Origin: the human T2T-CHM13v2.0 reference genome, Homo sapiens
Direction: 5' to 3' (one strand)
NCBI RefSeq assembly: GCF_009914755.1
Contig: NC_060932.1
DNA length: 64,000 nt
The notes below the pieces were generated by a model. The model ran no database searches. It was not told the DNA's origin and worked only from the letters and a program-made list of their open reading frames with translations. Position numbers and translations under genes: made by a program. This document shows positions 54,940 through 64,000 of this stretch, one piece after another. How positions within the stretch are numbered: position 1 is the stretch's first letter; the number at the start of each line of letters is the position of its first letter.

Positions 54940-55066
54940 GAGGGGAGGGAGAGGAAGAAGAAGAAGAAAAAGAAGAAGGAGAAGGAGGAGAGAAAGGAGG
55001 AGGAGGAAGAGGAGGAGGAGGCAGAGGGGGAAGGGGTGGAGGGGGAGGAGGAGGAGGAGGAGGAAA
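54940..55066 (+). repeat. Purine-rich (GAA/GGA/GAG)n tract
   Basis: ~125 nt almost entirely A/G, including G runs. Confidence 0.9.
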
Positions 55067-55180
55067 GTCTTGTAAGCTTTGGAAATGACCTTGCTTTCTG
55101 GCAAAATAAGGTACCTCAGGCCCACCTTAAACTTCTATATCAGAACTCAAATTAGCTGTTTCTGTAAGAATTTTCATTCC

Positions 55181-55484
55181 TGGGTCAGGCGTGGTGGCTC
55201 ACACCTGTACTTTGGGAGGCCAAGGCAGGCGGATCACCTGAGGCCAGGAGTTCAAAACCAGCCTGGCCAACATGACAAAACGCCATCTCTACTACAAATA
55301 TATATATATAAAAAATAGCCGGGAGTGGTGGCAGGCACCTGTAATACCAGCTACATGGGAGGCTTAGGAAGGAGAATCGCTTGAACCCGGGAGGTCTCCA
55401 CCTCCCGGTAGAGGTGAGCCAAGATTGTGCTATTGCACTCCAGCCTGGGCAAGAAGAGTGAAACTCTGTCTCAAAAAAAAAAAA
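55181..55484 (+). mobile_element. Alu with an internal deletion and an inverted insertion
   Basis: Dimer with (TA)n in the mid-A region; aagaatt on both flanks. Confidence 0.88.
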
Positions 55485-56142
55485 GAATTATTGTTCCTTC
55501 CAGCAGAATATCAGACACCAAAATCTAGGATCTTAGGTTGCTCATTACTACTGAAGCAGCAATAAATTCTAAGGTTTGTTTTTTTTTTTTTTAAAGTGGC
55601 AGAGCCAGATAGTATATATTTTAAAATATCTTGACATTGACATTTTCAAATCAACTTTAGCATTGAATCATTTTAACTTGTTTTTTATTCTATATACATC
55701 TTTTTCCTCTTACATTGAAAATCTTTCTTCCCATAGCTCTTCTTCATTTTCTTTCAATATAAGGAGAATAGTTACAAAACACATAAATATTACTACAAAC
55801 AGCAAAACTGCTGAGGAAGTTCAAAATTCCCCTGAGTTTCTTTTTATTTCTAGAATGCCTTCCACTATAAGCACATGGTTAAAGTACTATGTTCTAAAGG
55901 AAATTGAGATACATGTTCCTGTGTTATTAACTTGATATACACACAGGTACATTTGTTTCAGTTTGTTTAAAATTAAAAATATTCTTTTAAGATTTAGTTT
56001 TAGTTATTGTTTGGAATAGGTAATTCATATTAATTATTCGAAGAACAAAGTTATATAGCCAGGTACTCATGGTGGATATCCTTCTATTCCAGCCATAACT
56101 ACCCCATCCCATTTTTTGTGCTTTCTCTCTCTTTCTCTACGA

Positions 56143-56230
56143 ATATATACATATATATATATACATATATATACACGTCCATATGAATTTATACACACAC
56201 ACACACACACACACACATACACACAAACAC
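56143..56230. repeat. (TA)n/(CA)n microsatellite
   Basis: Seen directly. Confidence 0.85.
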
Positions 56231-56809
56231 ATGATTTTGATGTACCTAAGTTTATCTTTTAACCCTACCGAACTCTGACATGGCCTGGAATTCTTGTCAA
56301 CCCCTCCTAGAGATTAATCACACTTGGCAACTGGGGTGAAATCTAGTTGCCATCTCACAACATCGAGCAAAGCTCTGCTCGATGTTGGCTTTCCCAATTA
56401 CATGAGCTATTCAAATCCTTATTGATCCAGCTGCATTTGGCACAAGACAGGGCAGAGACTACTCAGTGGTCTATTGCAAGTTCCAGGTGCCAGGAAATGA
56501 AGTATCTGCCTTGTTTACAATTGCATTCCTGGCACATATTATGTGCTTAATAAATATTTTCTGAATATGTGAAATAACAGTCACCATGAAGAGAAGTCTG
56601 CTGACCTGAAAACTTAGCTTCTAATGTGTTTGGGTTCTGCTCAGCATGCCCCATCAGATGTGGACACCAAGAAGCTCACTACAAAGACTAATGTGGGTCC
56701 TTGATGGTCAGTGGTGCTGAGGTGTTCCAAGTTAAAAGTCAACTGACTTCTCTGGCAGTAAGTTCATTGGGCTGCATATTTTCTACTCAGGTGAAGGGAG
56801 GGAAAGGAT

Positions 56810-57005
56810 AGTGGCTCTCAAATTGTGGTCTCAGCAGTGTGGTCTCAGCAGCAACAGCATCGCCTTGGAACTTGCTGGAAATACAAATTATTGGGCCTCA
56901 CCCCAGACCTATGGAATCAGAAACTCTGGGGAGCAGCCCAGCAATTTCAATTTGAACAAGGCCTGCAGGTGATACTGGTGCACACTCACGTTTGAGACCC
57001 ACTGG
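56810..57005. mobile_element. MER5A DNA transposon
   Basis: agtggctctcaaa...tttgagacccactg TIRs; gaatcagaaactctgggg core. Confidence 0.8.
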
Positions 57006-57414
57006 GCAATAATCTACAGAGGACTGAGGATCTTTGCCAGGTGCAGAGAGAGAAAGGTGTCTGGCCAGCATCAGAGCATAAGAAAGCAGGTGAGAGGGCT
57101 CAGGTCCTCAGACTGAGGTGTCAAGGAGGGATTCCAAGCCTGTAGAAGGCGGGAGAGAACAAAACATGTCTTGAACCTCTGCCTGAGCTTGGCATACTGT
57201 GTAGCAACAGGGGTTCAGGTGGAAGGGTAGGAAATAAACAAGATCCTGGATTATGTTACAGAATCTTGTTTACAAATACAAACAACAACAACAACAAAAA
57301 AAAAGTCGTGACCCAACTTTTGGAAGTGTAACTTCACAATGGATTAGCTAAGAGTTTGACTTATTTTTATCTTACCTCAACCACTTGTCATGGGTTCGTT
57401 AGTTTACCCATGAA

Positions 57415-57975
57415 TGTGTGGTAGGCAGAAGTCTAAGAGGGCCGCAAGGTTCCTGCCTGTGGTGTGCACACATCTTTTCCAAGTCATTCAATCAAACAAG
57501 AATCGAGGCATTGCTGTGAGGGGATTTTGCAGATGTTCTTAAGGTCCCAAGTTAGTTGACTTAAGAAAAGGGAGATTATCCTCTGTGGATCACATCTAAC
57601 CAGGTAAGCCCATTAGAGGAGACTGGGCTGACCAGGCTCTTGCTGACAGAAGAGACTAGAAGGGTAAGAGGAATTCAGCATGAGGGAGATTCTCCATGCT
57701 GATTTGAAGGTGGAGGGAACCATGTGACAAGGAATGACTGTGAGTGGCTTCTGACAGCCAGCAAAGAAATAGGACTTCAGACCTGCAACCACAGGAACGG
57801 ATCCCTGCTACTCCACATGAGCTCGAATGAGAAACGTAAGCTTCAGATGTCCTTGTCAGCACCTGGAACAGAGGACCCAGCCATGCTGTGCTCAGGCTTC
57901 TTCTGTCCTGTAGACTGTGTGAAATAAATAAAGTTGTTTTAAACAGCTGAGTTTGTGTTACTGTGTAACATCAAA
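57415..57975 (+). mobile_element. MLT1-type MaLR solo LTR
   Basis: tgtggtaggcagaa...gggattttgcagatg...actgtgtgaaataaataaagttgttttaa. Confidence 0.7.
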
Positions 57976-59046
57976 CATAGGAGATCAAGAATCCTAAATT
58001 AAAGGGAGAAGAGGACTGCCTGGTGGTTATCACACATCCTGCTAGTCTCGTCCTTGCCTCCATCAGCACGGTGAAACCTTCCTGATAGGGACTGGTGACC
58101 TGGAGGTTGCACCCTCAGCAGAACTGAGGACCCGCCTGAGCAGGCCAAACGGGCAGCTTTGAAAATGGAAAGGAAGGGCAGGTATCAGAGGCACTGTAGA
58201 AAGAAGTGACTATGTGACCACTGTGACTGAGGGATCCAATGGTGGACGTAGTCTAAATGCCTTTGCCTGTCATTTAATGTCTTTGTAATTTGATTCTAAC
58301 TAGTTTTTCTGTTAGATTTTTTTCTGGATTTTTTCCCTGTCACTTAAGTTCTGTGCCACCTAGCTTACCCAGAGTCCAAGGAGCAAGCTGTTTATATTCC
58401 CAACTCTCTCACTCGCTAACACTTTTCCCAGCCTGGAATGAGCTCTCTTCTCTTCTTCCACAATTGACAATTGACAGTCCCAATTGACAGTTTAGAGACA
58501 GAGAGAGGCAGTGGCCCTTCCATGTGTTGTCTCTACTAAATACTGAAAAATGAAGAAATGCCAAATAAGAGTCACCACACCTGTGGCTTTAAAAATTGAC
58601 TGTTACATTTTTAACCCAGAAAATACACTGTAGTATAATTTTGATAATGACACAACTACAGGATTTATTTTTTAAAAAAGCATTAACTCGTGATGCTTGC
58701 TATGTATTCTATAATGAGCATAATCTTCTTCCAGAACTTTGAGTGGACTCTATGACAATGTATGTAAGATTTAGTAATGTGAGGCCCAGGCCTGATTCCC
58801 ACCTCCCAGAGCCCTCTTGGCTCCATCCTGCCTAAACACCACATTGTTAGACGAGTGGGTCCTCCATCCCATCACAGCTCTGATTCCATTTTCTCCATTG
58901 CAGTGCACAGTGACAGCACTTTTCCTGAATTATTGTCTGATCTGTTTATTTTTGCCTTCTATTGATAATCAATTTTAAGTACATATGCCATTTGTGTGCT
59001 ATCCATTCAGCTGATTTTTAAGCCATTCATTTATTTAACCAACGTT

Positions 59047-59840
59047 TTTCTTTTTTAAATTTCCAACTTTCATTTTAAGTTCAAGGGTACATGAGCGGGA
59101 TGTGGAGGTTTGCAACATAGGTAAATGTGTGCCATGGTGGTCAGCTGCACAAATCATCCCAACACCTAGGTATTAAGCCCAGCATGCATTAGCCATTCTT
59201 CCTCCCACTCCCGACCCTATGGCAGGCCCTAGTGTGTGTTGTTCCTTCTCCTTGTGTCCATCCATGTGCTCTCATTACTCAGCTCCCACTTATAAGTGAG
59301 AACATGCAATACTTGGTTTTCTGTTCCTGCATTAGTTTGCTGTGGATGATGGCTTTCAGCTCCATCCATGTCCCTGCAAAGGACATATCTTTCCTTTTTA
59401 TGGTTGCATAGTATTCTGTGGTGTATATGTACCACACTTTCTTTATCCAGTCTATTATTGATGGGCATTTAGGTTGATTCCATGTCTTTGCCATTGTGGA
59501 TAGTGCTGCAGTGAACATATACGTGCATGTATCTTTATAATAGAATGATTTATATTCCTCATGGTGTATACCCAGTAATGGGATTGCTGGGTCGAATGGT
59601 ATTTCTGGTTCTAGGTCTTTAAGGAATAGCCACACTGTCTTCCATGTGGTTGAGCTAATTTATGCTCCTGCCGATAGTGTAAAAGCATTCCTTTTTCTCC
59701 ACAACCTCACCAGTATCTGTTGTTTTTTGACTTTTTAATAATAGCCATTCTGACTGGTGTGAGATGTGGTTATCTCACTCATTGTGGTTTGATGTGCATT
59801 TCTCTAACGATCAGTGATGTTAAGCTTTTTTTTTTCATGT
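59047..59840 (-). mobile_element. 5'-truncated older L1PA 3' end inserted in an L2-like relic
   Basis: [21 protein letters not shown]...KTKYCMFSLISGS; imperfect flank repeat tttaac(c/a)aac(g/a)ttttt. Confidence 0.88.
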
Positions 59841-62462
59841 GTTTAACAAACATTTTTCAAATACCTGTTTTGTTGAAAGTTGTATACTAGGCTCCAGGGA
59901 TTACAGCTATGACAAAGCACCGAGGATTATTTTTTTCGTAGTAAGTCTAGTGGGAGACAGATAGAAAACAACTAATTGAGTAAAAATATTTAATTCCAGT
60001 TATATGTCATGGAGGAAAAATGCATTGCTCTCAGAGAATCCAAAATAGATCTTACCTAGAGAGATTGATGTGCTTTGTTACCCCATAGTGAGTGTTTCAC
60101 GTTATAAGGATACAGTAGCTATTAATTAATTGCTTAATGAGCAAACCAGGATTTCTGCCATTCATAAAGTACATAAAACCTTACTCTTTACATGAAATAG
60201 ATGCAAAAAATCACAGTAGATTTAAAGATAAACACTTTGATAGTTTTTTTATATTTCAAGTTTATTGTGGATAGATACCTGGTTTCCTTTTACCTTTTGG
60301 AACTTACTGAAATATATCCATGGTTCTGAAATAGAGTTGTAGGACAGTAATGGATCTTTTGAAGTTATTTGGCCTATTGCCAGAATTTTGACATCAAAGT
60401 AAAGTTCAACAGTGAGCCTAACACTAAGAAACTACATTGGCTAATAAAATGGCCTGGAAGACTTGATAGAACACTTACCATTTGGGGCTGTTGTGAAATT
60501 TTCTTAATTGTACAAGCCAGCTTTGAAATTTTTACAACATAATAGGTACAAGGTTAATTGTAACAAATGTAGTTTGCCCAGACTATTTAGACTAGATTAA
60601 AAGTGATAGCAAAAAATTAATAAAAGTGATTTTGAAGAAATATTTTTAGTTGAATATAGAAATGCAAATTGGATCTGCTATCATAAAATTTAGAAAGGTG
60701 TTTCTCCCTTATTAGATATTAGGTTTTGTTTTTACATAACATCCTATTTTATGCAGAGCACAACGTGCAGCCAGTCTAGGCCTGCAGAGCTCGTGAAACT
60801 AAAATAAAGACATCCATTTCAATAATGCCCCAAATGAGATTGATGGCTATCATCGCTCCCTAACTGATCAAAAGGAATCAGGGCTTGGGGAGGTCATGCG
60901 TAAGTCACACAAGTGACCCAAAGCTAGACCCTGTCCTGGTACTCTTTCCACAATATCACATCTGAAAAATTTATACAATTAAATGTATATATATAATTAA
61001 AAACATACACATAAATAAAACCAACTCTAACAGAACAAAATCCATTTAAGAGAAGTAGGAGTTGCAGAACACAGCTTTCTTTATCGATTCTGTCAAACTC
61101 CAAGGACTTAGGGGCGCTAGAGACTTATACTTTATTAAAATAATCCACGAAAATTACTGTATGTGTGTGTGTGTTTTCATTAATAAAATATTGTCTCTTT
61201 CCTGGAGTTGAGTCTTCCTTCCTGTAAGCAGATTTGAATGTTGTTATAATATATTTTGAGCCACTCTAAGAAGGGAGGAAAGGACACAAAGTGGAAATGC
61301 TCACAATTCTGGTCGTCTGAGGAATGTGAAATCCCTCTGACACTGCAGTGATTTCACCAGTCCCATTTTTCTGCTTGTAGTTCTGCAAATGGCCAACCAT
61401 ACTGAACAGCTTGGTCTGACTGCAGGTGCCAGTCTCCCCATGGAGCTGCTTCTGAGATCTTTTTTTCTTCTGCAATCTCAGGGATTTTTATCTGCTCATT
61501 ACTACATGCTGGGTCTCAGCAACCACACAGGGTGTTCAAGTCGAGTTTAATCAAGAGACTATTTACGGAGATGTGGACAGGGCATGAGGAAACTGCATGG
61601 GAGAATGAGGTGACCAGTGGCTGGTGACAGAAGGCTGCCCTGGGTCTGAAGGAGCAGAGGCAGGGAGCATTACCAGAACCGAAGGCAGAGAGGAAAGATG
61701 GAGAGGAATCTGAGACCTTTAGTTCGGGGGCCCAGTTAGCCAGTGACAACCCTGCAGGGAAGAAGCTGGAGGTATAAATAATTCATAACTTACTCTTTAA
61801 TCTGCTGGTATGTCCACTCAGTCAAACTCAACATGAAGCCAGAGAACAATGCAGCCCATCCATGTAATCTATTTAGGTAGCTTCTGGCAGGTGTGGAGCC
61901 AAGTAGATGCTGTTTATCAGACAGTTGCTCACAAGCCTGTAACACAACCTGGCCACTTTAAGAAAGCCAAAGCATGGCCATCAGTTCAGGCAAAGCTTGA
62001 CTTTGCTTCAAGACAATGGGTTTTGAGCTCTTAGTAGAATTTGCTTTATTTCAGTCTCCAACTTCAGCAGTCCCTCAGCCCTCCCTCCCTCAATATCTGC
62101 TGAGTGAGCTTGATGTTGGTTTTGTAACCTAGAACTTACACTTTGAATATCTTTTCAGGTGGACACAACCTAGAAGAATGTCTAATAGCTATTTGTTAGA
62201 GAAATGAATAGGCATAACTCGCTTGACCTTGTCTCAACTAATCCTCTGTTGAACTTGTCTCTGGTTTGGTCAGCATGTTTGTTTTCTCACAACCCAAGTG
62301 CTCTATTTGATTGACAGCCCTCACTGCCTTCCAAGGCTAGAACCTGTTCCTATCCTGTTGGGATGGGACAAGAGGGAACTTCTTGGCAAAGTGCACTTGA
62401 GAATACCAAAGTTTGGAAGCGTTGACTTTTCCACCTTCTTTCCTATTCTTTTAAGAATTTTT

Positions 62463-64000
62463 GGGGGAGGAGCCAAGATGGCCGAATAGGAAAAGCTCCC
62501 GTCTACAGCTCCCAGCGTGAGCAACGCAGAAGACGGGTGATTTCTGCATTTCCATCTGAGGTACTGGGTTCATCTCACTAGGGAGTGCCAGACAGTGGGC
62601 GCAGGTCAGTGGGTGCACGCACCGTGCGCAAGCTGAAGCAGGGCGAGGCATTGCCTCACTGGGGAAGCGCAAGGGGTCAGAGAGTTCCCTTTTCTAGTCA
62701 AAGAAAGGGGTGACAGACGGCACCTGGATAATCAGGCCACTCCCACCCTAATACTGCGCTTTTCCGACAGGCTTAAAAAACGGCGCACCACGAGATTATA
62801 TCCCGCACCTGGCTCGGAGGGTCCTACGACCATGGAGTCTCGCTGATTGCTGGCACAGCAGTCTGGGATCAAACAGCAAGGCGGCAGCGAGGCTGGGGGA
62901 GGGGCGCCCGCCATTGCCCAGGCTTGCTTAGGTAAACAAAGCAGCCGGGAAGCTTGAACTGGGTGGAGCCCACCACAGCTCAAGGAGGCCTGCCTGCCTC
63001 TGTAGGCTCCACCTCTGGGGGCAGGGCACAGACAAACAAAAAGACAGCAGTAACCTCTGCAGACTTAAATGTCCCTGTCTGACAGCTTTGAGGAGAGCAG
63101 TGGTTCTTCCAGTACGCAGCTGGAGATCTGAGAAGGGACAGACTGCCTCCTCAAGTGGATGCCTGACCCCTGACCCCTGAGCAGCCTAACTGGGAGGCAC
63201 CAGCCAACAGGGGCACACTGACACCTCACACGGCAGGGTACTCCAACAGACCTGCAGCTGAGGGTCCTGTCTGTTAGAAGGAAAACTAACAAACAGAAAG
63301 GACAACCACACCAAAAACCCATCTGTACATCACCATCATCAAAGACCAAAAGTAGATAAAACCACAAAGATGGGGAAAAAACAGAACAGAAAAACTGGAA
63401 ACTCTAAAAAGCAGAGCGCCTCTCCTCCTCCAAAGGAATGCAGTTCCTCACCAGCAATGGAACAAAGCTGGACGGAGAATGACTTTGACGAGCTGAGAGA
63501 AGAAGGCTTCAGACGATCAAATTACTCTGAGCTATGGGAGGACATTCAAACCAAAGGTAAAGAAGTTGAAAACTTTGAAAAAAGTTTAGAAGAATGTATA
63601 ACCAGAATAACCAATACAGAGAAGTGCTTAAAGGAGCTGATGGAGCTGAAAACCAAGGCTCGAGAACTACGTGAAGAATGCAGAAGCCTCAGGAGCTGAT
63701 GCGATCAACTGGAAGAAAGGGTATCAGTGATAGAAGATGAAATGAATGAAATGAAGCGAGAAGGGAAGTTTAGAGAAAAAAAAATAAAAAGAAATGAGCA
63801 AAGCCTCCAAGAAATATGGGACTATGTGAAAAGACCAAATCTACGTCTGATTGGTGTACCTGAAAGTGATGGGGAGAATGGAACCAAGTTGGAAAACACT
63901 CTGCAGGATATTATCCAGGAGGACTTCCCCAATCTAGCAAGGCAGGCCCACGTTCAGATTCAGGAAATACAGAGAACGCCACAAAGATACTCCTTGAGAA
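62463..64000 (+). mobile_element. Young L1PA (L1PA2/late L1PA3-type) 5' end: 5'UTR and ORF1 (from 63370, premature TGA at 63697-63699), running off the window
   Basis: GGGGGAGGAGCCAAGATGGCCGAATAGG start; endonuclease-type site TTTT|AAGAA just upstream; MGKKQNRKTGNSK...; lacks the 129-bp 5'UTR segment. Confidence 0.95.
62732..62914 (-). pseudogene. L1 ORF0 (antisense 5'UTR ORF), truncated to 60 aa
   Basis: MAGAPPPASLPPCCLIPDCCASNQRDSMVVGPSEPGAGYNLVVRRFLSLSEKRSIRVGVA*. Confidence 0.8.

Noticed and set aside
54848-55125. Arg-rich (protamine-like) and Leu-rich ORFs
   Set aside because: Translations of the purine-rich simple repeat.

Overview
Primate (human or great-ape) genomic DNA, dense in Alu, L1 and LTR repeats; this is not a prokaryotic window. 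The one host gene is on the minus strand: a six-coding-exon short-chain dehydrogenase/reductase that I recognise as SDR16C6(P) (RDHE2S, human chr8q12), with its CDS from 42590 down to 20294. Joining the six exons by hand gives an uninterrupted 951-nt ORF (316 aa) with intact TGxxxGxG and YxxxK motifs. The only hard lesion visible is one splice-donor change, GT->AT at 29748-29747, plus a few suspicious missense changes such as NNAG->NNAD. The window is bracketed by the 5' parts of two L1PA elements: the left one retains, and the right one lacks, the ~129-bp ZNF93-bound 5'UTR segment. Also present are a nested L1/HERV-K solo LTR/HERV-L/MER4 stack (1-19 kb), MaLR and DNA-transposon relics, about 20 Alus, and a ~1.2-kb cluster of fold-back (inverted, templated) insertions around a purine-rich tract at 54.5-55.7 kb. 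Repeat subfamily names come from recalled consensus sequences, not from a database run, and many repeat boundaries are approximate. I found no evidence of a wholly new biological system.
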